From an uncultured Candidatus Rokubacteria bacterium (GTDB lineage Bacteria; Methylomirabilota; Methylomirabilia; Rokubacteriales; DASRDR01), in NCBI GenBank assembly GCA_963805625.1, contig CAWDVE010000016.1, positions 416,001 through 480,000 of the forward strand: a stretch of 64,000 bases of DNA, given 5' to 3'. Made by a program: the position numbers and the translations under genes. The notes beneath the pieces were generated by a model. It ran no database searches. It had not been told where the DNA came from and saw only the letters and a program-made list of their open reading frames with translations. Positions 48,112 through 57,917 of this stretch are shown here, piece after piece; the first letter of the stretch is position 1, and each line of letters begins with the position of its first letter.

Positions 48112-49011
48112 TCACTCCCGGGCCCGGACGGCGTGGCCGCCGAACTGGTTGCGAAGCGCGGCGAGCATGCGATCGGCGAACGAGTCCTCCTCGCGGGAGC
48201 GGAACCGGGTGAAGAGGGCGGCCGTGATCGTCCAGGCCGGCACGGATTGATCGATCGCATCCTGCACCGTCCAGCGGCCCTCGCCCGAGTCCTCCACCCA
48301 CCCGCGGATCTTTCCGAGCGCCGGATCCTCCTCGAGCGCCCGGCCGGCCAGCTCGACGAGCCACGAGCGTACGACGCTCCCCTGCATCCAGAGGTTGGCG
48401 ATCCGCGGAAGGTCCAGGCCGTACGAGCTCTTGTGCATCAGCGCGAAGCCCTCGGCGATCGCCTGCATCATGCCGTACTCGATCCCGTTGTGGATCATCT
48501 TCACGTAGTGGCCGGCGCCGTGGGCACCCATGTGCCCGTATCCGTTCTCGGGGGCGAGCGTGCGGAAGAGAGGCTCGAGGTGGCGGAACACAGCCTCCTC
48601 GCCGCCCACCATGAGGCAGTAGCCGACCTGGAGCCCCCAGATCCCCCCGCTGGTCCCGACGTCCATGTAGTGGAGGCCGAGCGGCTTGAGCGCCTCGGCG
48701 CGCCGCACGTCGTCGTGGAAGTTCGTGTTGCCGCCGTCGATGACGATGTCGTCCCGATCCAGGTGGCGCACCACGGTGTCAATCATCTCCTGCGTGACAG
48801 TTCCGGCGGGGACCATGACCCAGACGGCCCGCGGGGGTTTCAGACGGGCCACGAGGTCCGCGACCGACGTCGTCCCGACAGCGCCGTGCCCTTCCGCCTC
48901 CCGCACCTTCTCGGGGCTCCGGTTGTACACGACGACACGGTGGCCGCCCTGCACCAGGCGGACGACCATGTTCATGCCCATGCGGCCGAGACCGATGAAT
49001 CCGAGCTCCAT
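48112..49011 (-). CDS. gnd: 6-phosphogluconate dehydrogenase (short, decarboxylating)
   Basis: GFIGLGRMG, IDGGN, DVGTSGG, YVKMIHNGIEYG, DSGEGRW, RNQFGGH. Confidence 0.95.
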   Translation of the reverse strand: MELGFIGLGRMGMNMVVRLVQGGHRVVVYNRSPEKVREAEGHGAVGTTSVADLVARLKPPRAVWVMVPAGTVTQEMIDTVVRHLDRDDIVIDGGNTNFHDDVRRAEALKPLGLHYMDVGTSGGIWGLQVGYCLMVGGEEAVFRHLEPLFRTLAPENGYGHMGAHGAGHYVKMIHNGIEYGMMQAIAEGFALMHKSSYGLDLPRIANLWMQGSVVRSWLVELAGRALEEDPALGKIRGWVEDSGEGRWTVQDAIDQSVPAWTITAALFTRFRSREEDSFADRMLAALRNQFGGHAVRARE

Positions 49012-49071
49012 CGAGGCGTCCTCCGTGGAACGAGTCGTGATGGTGGAACCGCTGGTGAACGTTGGCGGCCG

Positions 49072-49806
49072 TCAGCTGGTCGCCGGGCCCCCGGCACGCC
49101 GCAGAACCCGGATGGTCCCTTCCTCTGCCACCAGGACGCGCTCCGCGGTGCCGAGGAAGAAACCCGTGTCGATGACGCCGGGAATCCGGCGGATGTCGCG
49201 ATCGAGCGCGGCAGCGTCGTCCTGGGCCGCGATCCCGCAGTCGAGGATCCAGTTGCCGTTGTCGGTGACGAACGGCGCCGCACCCACCTCCCGGAGGAGG
49301 GGTTGGCAGCCGAGTGCGCGGAGCCGGCGGTCGCAGAGAGGCCGCGCGAACGGGACGATCTCTACCGGGAGGCGGCCCCGGGAGCCGAGGCGCGGCACGA
49401 GCTTCTCCTGGGTGACGAGGATGACCTGGCGCCGCGAGGCGGCGGCGACGATCCGCTCCCGGGTGAGCGCCCCGCCGTAGCCCTTGATGAGGTCGAGCCG
49501 CGGGTCGACCTCATCGGCGCCGTCGACCGTGATGTCGAGTGGGTCCGCGGTCAGCTCGGTGATGGCGAGGCCGAGCGACGCCGCGAGGGTCGCGATCGCC
49601 CGCGAGGTGGGGACCCCCTGGACGCCGAGGCCCTGAGCGGCCTCGGCGGCCAGCGCCCGCACGAACGCTTCCGCGGCCCGGCCGGAGCCGAGCCCGACGC
49701 GGACGGTCCGGCCCGCCTCGCGAACCAGCGCGACGGCCTGGACGGCCAGGCGGGCAAGATCCTCCGGACGCGGGGGGGGCAGTGGACTCGGGGACGCGCC
49801 GACCAG
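49072..49806 (-). CDS. rpiA: Ribose-5-phosphate isomerase A, probable CTG start
   Basis: GLGSG, VPTS, DGADEVD, IKGYGGALTRE, PVEI, TDNGN; the GLGSG motif lies upstream of the first in-frame GTG. Confidence 0.9.
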   Translation of the reverse strand: MVGASPSPLPPPRPEDLARLAVQAVALVREAGRTVRVGLGSGRAAEAFVRALAAEAAQGLGVQGVPTSRAIATLAASLGLAITELTADPLDITVDGADEVDPRLDLIKGYGGALTRERIVAAASRRQVILVTQEKLVPRLGSRGRLPVEIVPFARPLCDRRLRALGCQPLLREVGAAPFVTDNGNWILDCGIAAQDDAAALDRDIRRIPGVIDTGFFLGTAERVLVAEEGTIRVLRRAGGPATS

Positions 49807-49881
49807 ACCTGGCCTCCTCGGAATTGGGGAAGGCCCTAGTCAGACCTCACCCGCGGGCCTAGCATAGCAGGGAGAGTCGAC

Positions 49882-51600
49882 ATGCCGAACCCGCAGACCT
49901 GGGCCCTGCCGGCGGATCTCGAGGCTGCCGTCTCGGCCACCCTCCGCGAGTGGACCGAGCAGGGCAAGGTTGAGCGGCTCTGGGCGCGCGACGCCACCCT
50001 CTGGACGGGCGCCGATGAGGCGAGCTGGCTCGGGTGGCTCGGGATCGTCGACGAGCAGGTCGGGCGGGTGGGCGAGCTCCGGCGCATCGCCGAGGACGTC
50101 CGGCAGGCGGGCTTCACTCACGTCCTGCTTCTCGGGATGGGGGGCTCGAGCCTCTGTCCCGAGGTCCTCCGCATGACCTTCGGAACGCTCCCCGGATGGC
50201 CCGAGCTCTCCGTGCTGGACTCGACGGATCCGGCCCAGGTCCGGGCGTGCGAGGCCCGGGTGGATCTCGGGCGAACGCTGTTCGTCGTGTCGTCCAAGTC
50301 GGGCACGACCCTCGAGCCGAACATCTTCAAGCAGCACTTCTTCGAGCGGGTGAAGCAGGCCATCGGTCCTGGCCGGGCGGGTGACCGGTTCATCGCGATC
50401 ACGGATCCCGGCTCGAAGCTCGAGCAGGTCGCCAGGGCGGACGGCTTCCGTCACGTGTGCTTCGGGCTTCCGTCGATCGGCGGGCGCTACTCGGCGCTCT
50501 CTGACTTCGGCATGGTCCCTGCGGCCCTCATGGGGCTCGACGTCGCGCGGCTGCTCGGCGCGGCGCAGGCGATGGCACGCGCCTGCGGGGCCCGGGTGCG
50601 TGCCGAGGAGAATCCCGGAGCGGTGCTCGGGACCATCCTGGGCGTGCTCGGGAGCCGGGGCCGCGACAAGGTCACGCTGGTGGCCTCTCCGGGGATACAC
50701 GATCTCGGGGCCTGGCTCGAGCAGCTCCTGGCCGAGTCGACCGGGAAGGCGGGCAAAGGCTTGATCCCGGTCGACCGCGAGCCCTTCGGCCCCTCTGATC
50801 TCTACGGTCGGGACCGCCTGTTCGTCTACCTCCGGCTCCACTCGGCGCCGGCCGTCTCCCAGGACTGCGCGGTGGCGAGCCTCGAGGCGGCCGGGCAGCC
50901 CGTGGTCCGGATCGAGGTCTCCGCCCCTGACCAGATCGCGGCGGAGTTCTTCCGCTGGGAGTTCGCGACGGCGGTCGCGGGCGCGATCCTGGGGATCAAT
51001 CCGTTCGACCAGCCCGATGTCGAGGCCAGCAAGGTCGCGACGCGGCGGCTCACGGACGCGTTCGAGAAGACGGGACGCCTGCCGGCCGAGACGCCGATCC
51101 TGGAGACCGAGGGGATCCGGCTCTTCGCCGATCCGCGGAGCGCGGGCGAGCTGGCGGCGGCGGGAGGTCGGACGCTCGCGGGTCTTCTGCGGGCCCACTT
51201 CGGGCGGATCCGGCCCGGCGACTACGCCGCCCTCCTCGCCTACGTTGAGATGACGGCGGCGAACGAGGCGGCGCTCCAGGGGATCCGCACGCGCCTGCGC
51301 GATCGGTACCGTGTCGCCACCTGCCTCGGCTTCGGGCCGCGGTTTCTTCACTCGACCGGCCAGGCCTACAAGGGCGGGCCTAGCACCGGTGTGTTTCTCC
51401 AGATCACGTCCGACGACGCCCTGGATCTGCCCGTGCCCGGCCAGCGCTACACCTTCGGCGTCGTGAAGGCCGCACAGGCCCGGGGGGACCTCGAGGTCCT
51501 CGCGGACCGCGGTCGGCGCGCGCTGCGCGTGCACCTCGGCGCGGACGTCCTGGGGGGGCTTCGGACCCTCGGGAGGGCCGTCGAGCAGGCGGTCGGCTGA
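49882..51600 (+). CDS. pgi: Glucose-6-phosphate isomerase (PGI module of Tal-Pgi type, no transaldolase domain)
   Basis: [52 protein letters not shown]. Confidence 0.9.
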   Translation: MPNPQTWALPADLEAAVSATLREWTEQGKVERLWARDATLWTGADEASWLGWLGIVDEQVGRVGELRRIAEDVRQAGFTHVLLLGMGGSSLCPEVLRMTFGTLPGWPELSVLDSTDPAQVRACEARVDLGRTLFVVSSKSGTTLEPNIFKQHFFERVKQAIGPGRAGDRFIAITDPGSKLEQVARADGFRHVCFGLPSIGGRYSALSDFGMVPAALMGLDVARLLGAAQAMARACGARVRAEENPGAVLGTILGVLGSRGRDKVTLVASPGIHDLGAWLEQLLAESTGKAGKGLIPVDREPFGPSDLYGRDRLFVYLRLHSAPAVSQDCAVASLEAAGQPVVRIEVSAPDQIAAEFFRWEFATAVAGAILGINPFDQPDVEASKVATRRLTDAFEKTGRLPAETPILETEGIRLFADPRSAGELAAAGGRTLAGLLRAHFGRIRPGDYAALLAYVEMTAANEAALQGIRTRLRDRYRVATCLGFGPRFLHSTGQAYKGGPSTGVFLQITSDDALDLPVPGQRYTFGVVKAAQARGDLEVLADRGRRALRVHLGADVLGGLRTLGRAVEQAVG

Positions 51601-51670
51601 CGGAACGGGCGCCTCGAGACAGATCGTCCCGGCCGGGCCGAGACGCGAGCACAGCGAGAGAGGACCAGAC

Positions 51671-52018
51671 GTGCAGATCGGCATGATCGGGCTCGGCCGC
51701 AACGGGATCGAGTACGGGCCCATGCAGGCCTATGCCGAGGGCTTCGACATCCTGCTGAACGCGCGGTCGATGGACTTGCCGGAGCAGCCCCGCGACGATC
51801 TCTCGCTCCGCGACATCGCCGAGGTCTGGCGGCGGGGGAGCGTCGTCAGCTCCTGGCTCCTGGACCTCACGGCGGAGGCCCTCGTGGTCCCCGCGGACGT
51901 GCTCTCGGCCTCGCTCTTCGTCCGCTTCCGCTCGCGGCCGGACCACTCCTTCGAGCGGGTCCTGTCCGCGATGCGGCACAAGTTCGGCGGCCACGTCGAG
52001 CGGCCGTCGGGAGGGTAG
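51671..52018 (+). pseudogene. Internally deleted 6-phosphogluconate dehydrogenase remnant
   Basis: [10 protein letters not shown] fused directly to NGIEYG; retains [12 protein letters not shown] and MRHKFGGH; 115 aa versus 299 aa for the intact gnd. Confidence 0.85.
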
Positions 52019-52024
52019 GTTTCC

Positions 52025-53563
52025 ATGGAGGCGTCTCTCGGACAGGGGTCCCAAGCGCTGTCGGAGCCCGGCCGTCCCGCGCCTCCGTGCGCGGTCGTCA
52101 TCTTCGGCGCCGTCGGGGACCTGACGAAGCGGAAGCTCGTGCCGGCCCTCTACAATCTCAAGACGCTCGGGCTCCTGCCCCGGGAGTTCGCGATCGTGGG
52201 AGTTGCCCGGAGGGAGAAGACGCACGAGCAGTTTCGCGAGGAGCAGACACGGGATATCGGAGAGTTCGCGACGACCCGCGTGGACGGGACGCTGTGGGTG
52301 GAGCTCCGGGAGGCGATGTACTTCCAGGCCGGCGAGCTGTCCGACCCCGCCATCTACACGCAGCTCGCGGACCTCCTGGCCCAGATCGCCAAGCGTCACG
52401 GCACGGGAGGAAACGTGCTCTTCTACCTCGCCATCCCGCCGAGCCTCTTCGGGGAGGTCGTGCGCCGCCTGGGCGAGGCCGGGCTCATGCGGGAGGAAGG
52501 GGACGCCTGGCGGCGTGTCATCGTCGAGAAGCCGTTCGGCCACGACCTCGACTCCGCCCGGACGCTGAGCGCCGAGCTGGCCGGGGTCCTTCGCGAGGAG
52601 CAGATCTATCGGATCGATCACTACCTTGGGAAGGAGACCGTCCAGAACATCCTGGTCTTCCGCTTCGTGAACAGCCTGCTCGAGCCGATCTGGAACCGGA
52701 CGTACGTCGATCACGTCCAGCTGACCGTCGCGGAGACGGTGGGCGTCGAGGAGCGGGGCAACTACTACGAGACGGCGGGCGTGTTGCGGGACATGATCCA
52801 GAACCACATGTTCCAGCTCCTCTCGCTCGTCGCGATGGAGCCGCCGATCTCGTTCGCGGCCGACGCGGTGCGGGACGAGAAGGTCAAGGTGCTCCAGGCC
52901 ATCCGGCCGATGAGCCCGGAGGAGATCCTCGACCGGACGGTTCGCGGTCAGTACGGCGGCGGCGAGGTCGAGGGCCAGGTTGTCCGGGCGTATCGCCGCG
53001 AGCCCAAGGTCTCGCCGACCTCGACGACCGAGACGTACGCGGCGCTGAAGCTGTTCGTGGAGAACTGGCGCTGGGCCGGCGTGCCGTTCTATCTGCGGTC
53101 CGGAAAGCGGCTGGCCCGGCGCCGGACGGAGATCATGTTCGAGTTCCGGCGACCGCCGCTCCTCCTCCTCGATCGGGCCGCGATGCGTCACATCGACCCG
53201 AATCGGCTCGTCCTCCACATCCAGCCCGACGAGGGGATCGAAGTTCAGGTACAGGCCAAGCGGCCGGGCCCGACGGTGCGCATCGAGACTGTGAAACTCG
53301 ATTTCAGCTACAAGGACTTCGGCAACACGACCGCAGCGACCGGCTACGAACGGCTCCTGTACGACTGCATGGTGGGCGACAGCACCCTGTTTCACCGGAC
53401 CGACATGGTCGAGGCCGCGTGGCACATCGCGACGCCGATCCTGGACGCGTGGCGCGCCCTCCCGGCTCCCGAGTTTCCCAACTACGTGGCGGGCTCATGG
53501 GGACCCGAGACGGCGGACGAGCTCATCCACCAGGATGGCCGGCGCTGGTACACGGCCGAGTGA
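52025..53563 (+). CDS. zwf: Glucose-6-phosphate 1-dehydrogenase
   Basis: IFGAVGDLTKRKL, VEKPFG, RIDHYLGKE, RDMIQNH, WAGVPFYLRSGK. Confidence 0.97.
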   Translation: MEASLGQGSQALSEPGRPAPPCAVVIFGAVGDLTKRKLVPALYNLKTLGLLPREFAIVGVARREKTHEQFREEQTRDIGEFATTRVDGTLWVELREAMYFQAGELSDPAIYTQLADLLAQIAKRHGTGGNVLFYLAIPPSLFGEVVRRLGEAGLMREEGDAWRRVIVEKPFGHDLDSARTLSAELAGVLREEQIYRIDHYLGKETVQNILVFRFVNSLLEPIWNRTYVDHVQLTVAETVGVEERGNYYETAGVLRDMIQNHMFQLLSLVAMEPPISFAADAVRDEKVKVLQAIRPMSPEEILDRTVRGQYGGGEVEGQVVRAYRREPKVSPTSTTETYAALKLFVENWRWAGVPFYLRSGKRLARRRTEIMFEFRRPPLLLLDRAAMRHIDPNRLVLHIQPDEGIEVQVQAKRPGPTVRIETVKLDFSYKDFGNTTAATGYERLLYDCMVGDSTLFHRTDMVEAAWHIATPILDAWRALPAPEFPNYVAGSWGPETADELIHQDGRRWYTAE

Positions 53564-53625
53564 CCGCGTCCCGATGAGCGCGCCAATGAGCGCAATGGTC
53601 ACCGGCGTGCTCCCCCGGTGAACTG

Positions 53626-54615
53626 TTGATCCTCGCGGGCGACGTTGGCGGCACGAACACCCGCCTGGCGTGGTTCGAGGTCTCCGGGGGCCGCCTGGTG
53701 CCGGGCGTCACCCGTACCTATCCCAGCCAACGGCACACGAGCCTCGACGAGATCGTGGCGACGTTCCTGCGCGAGGCACCGGGGACGCTCTCGCACGCGT
53801 GCATCGGGATCGCCGGACCGGTGCGGGAGGGTCGAGTCGAGGCGACGAATCTGGCCTGGGGCGTGGACGCGCGGCCGCTCGCCGCGGGGCTGGGTCTGGA
53901 CCGCGTGATCCTGATCAACGACCTCGAGGCGAATGCGTGGGGACTCGCGGCGCTGCCGGACAGCGACTTCACCGTGCTCCAGCCCGGCCGTCCGGCGCCA
54001 ACGGGGAACGCGGCCGTGATCTCCGCGGGCACGGGCCTCGGCGAGGCCGGGCTCGTGTGGGACGGCCGGCACCACCGCCCGGTCGCCTCGGAGGCCGGTC
54101 ACGCCGACTGGGCGCCCCAGGACGATCTGCAAGGCGCCCTGTGGCGGTTCCTCACGGCCGAGGTAGGGCACGTCAGCGTGGAGCGCGTGCTGTCGGGCCC
54201 CGGCCTCTACAACATCTACCGGTTTCTCCGCGACGCGCGGGGCCTCGCCGAGCCGGACTGGCTCGCCGACCTCCTGCGGAGCGAGGCGCCGGCGCCGGTG
54301 ATCGGCCGGGTGGGACTCGAGGGGCGGGCTGAGATCTGTGTCCGGGCCCTCGGCCTGTTCGTGGCCATCTACGGCGCCGAGGCGGGCAACCTCGGGCTCC
54401 GCGTGCTGGCGACCGCGGGAGTGTACCTGGGAGGTGGGATCGCGCCCCGGTTGCTCCCGGCGCTCCAGGGCCGAACGTTCCTCGACGCGTTCGCCGCCAA
54501 GGGACGACTGCGTCCGCTCCTCGAAGCGATCCCGGTGCGCGTGGTCCTGAACGATCAGGCGGCGCTCGCGGGCGCGGCCCGGCGGGCCGCGCTCGAGGCG
54601 GGGCTCCTCCGGTGA
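53626..54615 (+). CDS. glk: Glucokinase
   Basis: AGDVGGTN, IAGPV, LINDLEA, AGTGLG, SEAGH, VLSGPG, GGIAP. Confidence 0.93.
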   Translation: MILAGDVGGTNTRLAWFEVSGGRLVPGVTRTYPSQRHTSLDEIVATFLREAPGTLSHACIGIAGPVREGRVEATNLAWGVDARPLAAGLGLDRVILINDLEANAWGLAALPDSDFTVLQPGRPAPTGNAAVISAGTGLGEAGLVWDGRHHRPVASEAGHADWAPQDDLQGALWRFLTAEVGHVSVERVLSGPGLYNIYRFLRDARGLAEPDWLADLLRSEAPAPVIGRVGLEGRAEICVRALGLFVAIYGAEAGNLGLRVLATAGVYLGGGIAPRLLPALQGRTFLDAFAAKGRLRPLLEAIPVRVVLNDQAALAGAARRAALEAGLLR

Positions 54616-54682
54616 GTCGCCGCTCGAGCCGTGCTACAGTTGATGCGAGTCAGAAATCCAGCAGTCTGATAGGAGAAGATCC

Positions 54683-54901
54683 GTGCCCGTTTACTCGAAC
54701 CTGACGACTTCCACTGGGTCCGAAGGCGGGCCTAGCACGATACTCGTGCGCTTCCTGCAGCAGTACGATCGGCAGCTCCCTCTGGACTTCGTCGCCATGG
54801 TCTTGGGACGGACGCGAACGGAGGTCGAGCGTGAGGTCGAAGGGCTGGAGCGGCAGGGTGTGGCAAAGCGTCTCGGCAACGAGGTAACGCTGGTTCGCTA
54901 G
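54683..54901 (+). CDS. Small hypothetical protein, possible winged helix
   Basis: AGGAG SD, TGcTACAGT upstream; VAMVLGRTRTEVEREVEGLERQGVA..VTL. Confidence 0.6.
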   Translation: MPVYSNLTTSTGSEGGPSTILVRFLQQYDRQLPLDFVAMVLGRTRTEVEREVEGLERQGVAKRLGNEVTLVR

Positions 54902-54920
54902 CTCGCGCCTCGAGGCTCTC

Positions 54921-55541
54921 TTGAAGGAGAGTTTCGGTCCAGCCGTCCTCGCCTCCGTCCTGGCCGTTGCCGTCTCGCTGTCCGAGCTCCTCACGACCCA
55001 GTACCCGCGGACATCCTTCCTGATCCTCGGGAAGTCCCGGGCTCTCCAAACCTATGCGCTGGCCTACGGGGTCATCGCCCTGCTCGTGATGCTCTTGCTG
55101 GAGATACTCACGGCCTCCGGGACCATTCAGCTGGAAGGTTTCGGCCTGTCCTCTCCGTGGATTCGAGCGATCGCGGTCGGGGTCACGGTCAAGGCGTTCC
55201 TGCATCTTCGGCTGTTCAACGTGAGCGTGGGCTCCCAGTCGGTGCCCGTGGGCCTCGAGACTCTCGTCCAGTTCTTCGAGCCCGCGCTGCTCCGGACGAT
55301 TCTGCTGGACGAGTTCACGGCGGTCCGCGCCTACGTCGCGGCGCGTGCCCACGGCTACCCGAGCCTGGACGCGGTCAAGGCGAGGGCGAAGGAGGAGATC
55401 CCGCCCACGTTACCGAACCAGGAGCGAGCCGCCTTCTCGAACGACATCGACCGGGCGACTAGCGTCGTCCAGGTGATGGAGCACGTTCTTCGTTTCCTGG
55501 GCCGCAAGAACCTCGATAGGGTATTCCCCGCGAAGGCCTGA
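54921..55541 (+). CDS. Hypothetical membrane protein (about 3 N-terminal TM + helical C-terminal domain)
   Basis: Hydrophobic helices, natural-looking composition; 19 nt after the upstream ORF. Confidence 0.75.
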   Translation: MKESFGPAVLASVLAVAVSLSELLTTQYPRTSFLILGKSRALQTYALAYGVIALLVMLLLEILTASGTIQLEGFGLSSPWIRAIAVGVTVKAFLHLRLFNVSVGSQSVPVGLETLVQFFEPALLRTILLDEFTAVRAYVAARAHGYPSLDAVKARAKEEIPPTLPNQERAAFSNDIDRATSVVQVMEHVLRFLGRKNLDRVFPAKA

Positions 55542-55724
55542 CGACGCCCGCTCGTCGTCAAGCGCTGGACGGTCGGTCCGTGAGACTTCGGGTTCGTGGC
55601 GCTGCTCGGCGCGCTCGACGACGAGGCCGGGTCGCCGGGGGAGCCCATCACACCAGCCTGACGCGCGATTCCAGCGTGCCAGGCAAGGGCCCCTTCGAGC
55701 CGTGCGACAGTGCCCGGCGAAGGG

Positions 55725-56738
55725 CTATTCCCACAGCTCCATGGCCGGCCGGAGCGGTGTGAACGCGCGGATCATCCCCGCTGCGTCCGCCATGATCTCC
55801 TCGATCCGGGCGACGTCCGCATCGGACAGAGCCAGCTGCGTCCCCGCGAGGTTGGCGTCCACCTCGGCCGGGTTTCGGGCGCCGACCAGAGCGGTGCTGA
55901 CCACGGGGTTCCGGAGCACCCAGGCGAGCGCGAGGCGACTCACGGGCACGCCCAGGGGCTCCGCCACCTCACGTCGGAGCCGGTCGACCACCTTCACGTT
56001 ACGGGCAAGGTTCTCCGGGGTGAAGATGGGCTGGCCGAAGGCGATACCCTTCGCGCGCCAGTCCGGCTCGAGGAATCGCGTCCCCGCGGTGAACGTGCCG
56101 GTCAGGAGGCCGTGGCCGAGGGGGCCGTAGCCCATGACGCCGATCCCGTGGCGCGCACAGTACGGGAACACGTCGCGCTCCATCCGGCGGTCGAAGAGGT
56201 GGTAGCCGACCTGCACGACGTCGATCCGTCGGACTCGCATGCAGGCTTCCATCTGCTCCACGGTGAAGTTCGACACCCCGACGAACCGCACCTTCCCTGT
56301 TCGCACGATCTCGTCCATCGCCGCGAACGCCTCTTCGAGGGGAGTCTCGACGTTCGGCCAGTGGATCAGGTAGACGTCGATGACGTCGGTCTGGAGCCGG
56401 CGGAGCGACAGGTCGACCTCGCGCCTGAGGCTTGCGGGCGTAGTGTCGCGGTGGATGGCGGGAGCCTCGGGGCTCCAGGCGAGCCCGCACTTGGTCACCA
56501 GGATCACGTGCGCTCGGCGACCCCGCAGGGCCTGACCCACGACCTCCTCGGCATGACCGAAGCCATAGGCGGGGGCAGTGTCGACGCAGTTCACCCCGGC
56601 ATCGAGCGCCCGGTGAATGGCGCGGATCGCCTCCGCATCCTCGATCGCGCCGTAGCGCTCGCCTCCGCTCATCGGCCAGCTTCCGAACCCGAGGGCCGAC
56701 ACGGCGAGACCGGTCCGCCCGAACGCACGCTGCTTCAT
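55725..56738 (-). CDS. Aldo/keto reductase
   Basis: GRTGLAVS, DTAPAYG, SLRRLQTDVIDVYLIHWP, GVSNF, LAWVL. Confidence 0.92.
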   Translation of the reverse strand: MKQRAFGRTGLAVSALGFGSWPMSGGERYGAIEDAEAIRAIHRALDAGVNCVDTAPAYGFGHAEEVVGQALRGRRAHVILVTKCGLAWSPEAPAIHRDTTPASLRREVDLSLRRLQTDVIDVYLIHWPNVETPLEEAFAAMDEIVRTGKVRFVGVSNFTVEQMEACMRVRRIDVVQVGYHLFDRRMERDVFPYCARHGIGVMGYGPLGHGLLTGTFTAGTRFLEPDWRAKGIAFGQPIFTPENLARNVKVVDRLRREVAEPLGVPVSRLALAWVLRNPVVSTALVGARNPAEVDANLAGTQLALSDADVARIEEIMADAAGMIRAFTPLRPAMELWE

Positions 56739-56782
56739 GGATCGCTCCTCTCGGCCCAGGGGGCAGAGTCCCGTTCTCGGCT

Positions 56783-57910
56783 TCAGCTGGCCGCCGTCGC
56801 CCGCGGGTCCGGGGAGAGCAGCCCGAGCGTGTTCTCCCGGAAGATGCGGCGGCGGTCCTCGGCAGGTAGGAAGCCCGCGTAGTCCCAGACGTATGCGAGC
56901 GCCTGGCGGTACGTGCAGTAGCGACCGACGTTCGGCATGTCGGAGCCCCACACGAGCTTTCGCGGACCGAATCGCTCGTAGGTCTGGCGGAAGTGCTCCT
57001 GCGCCCGCGCAAAGGGATAAGGCATCCGGCCGCCCCAGGCGATCGGGTAGAGCACCTCGGTCCACACAGGGCCGCGGTCGAGGAGATCGGCGACCTCGGA
57101 GGGCCATGCCACCCGGTCCGCATCGTTGGCGTACAGACCGGTCGGCACGCCGTGGACCAGCACGTGGCGGATCGCCGGGTGCCGGTCCACGATCCGACGG
57201 AGGCGGCGCATCTCGGCCAGGTAGTCGCCCGCCGGAGACTTGGCCGAGTGGACCCAGAAGACCGGAAGATCTAGACGCGCCACCACACGCCACAGCGGAT
57301 CGAAGCTCGGATCGTCCGGGAGGGTACGGTAGCCGTTACGGAAGAAGGCCGTCATCGTGAAGTAGAGGCCGCGCATCCCGAGGCGCTGGACCTGATCCTC
57401 GAGGGCCCGGAGCTCCGCGTCCCGGAAGGCGAATGGCTCGTCCACCTGCGCCAGACCGATGAACCGTCCCGGCCAGCGCCGCGCGGCCTCCGCGAAGTAC
57501 TCGGCGAGATGGCCGTAGATGTGATCGTTCTGGAGGACGGCGGTCCCGACCCCTGCGTAGTCCATCTCGACGACCATGCCCTCGGGGGGCGCGGCGAGAT
57601 CGTGCATGTGGGGCGGCAGGAACTGGACGTAGTAGCCCTCCCCGTTCAGCTCCCACTCGAAGCGGCCCGCCCGGCCCACGTGGAAGCGGACGTCCGTCGC
57701 CCGTCCGGCCTCCGAGGGGTCGTCGGACTGCCAGAGTGGCCGCTCCGTCACGACGACATGGTCGCGGAGTCGCCGGTAGGGCTGGTTGCCGTGGACGTGC
57801 ATGGCTCGCTGCTGGTGCACGAGGTGGTCCTCGGCCGTCGGGAAGCCCGATGCGCCAGCCAGCGGGGGGAAGATGTGGGCGTGACAGTCGACGACGGCGA
57901 AGTCGTTCAT
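56783..57910 (-). CDS. Amidohydrolase superfamily (Amidohydro_2)
   Basis: DCHAHIF, LPVFWVH, VHG, WGSDMP. Confidence 0.85.
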   Translation of the reverse strand: MNDFAVVDCHAHIFPPLAGASGFPTAEDHLVHQQRAMHVHGNQPYRRLRDHVVVTERPLWQSDDPSEAGRATDVRFHVGRAGRFEWELNGEGYYVQFLPPHMHDLAAPPEGMVVEMDYAGVGTAVLQNDHIYGHLAEYFAEAARRWPGRFIGLAQVDEPFAFRDAELRALEDQVQRLGMRGLYFTMTAFFRNGYRTLPDDPSFDPLWRVVARLDLPVFWVHSAKSPAGDYLAEMRRLRRIVDRHPAIRHVLVHGVPTGLYANDADRVAWPSEVADLLDRGPVWTEVLYPIAWGGRMPYPFARAQEHFRQTYERFGPRKLVWGSDMPNVGRYCTYRQALAYVWDYAGFLPAEDRRRIFRENTLGLLSPDPRATAAS

Positions 57911-57917
57911 GGGCTCC

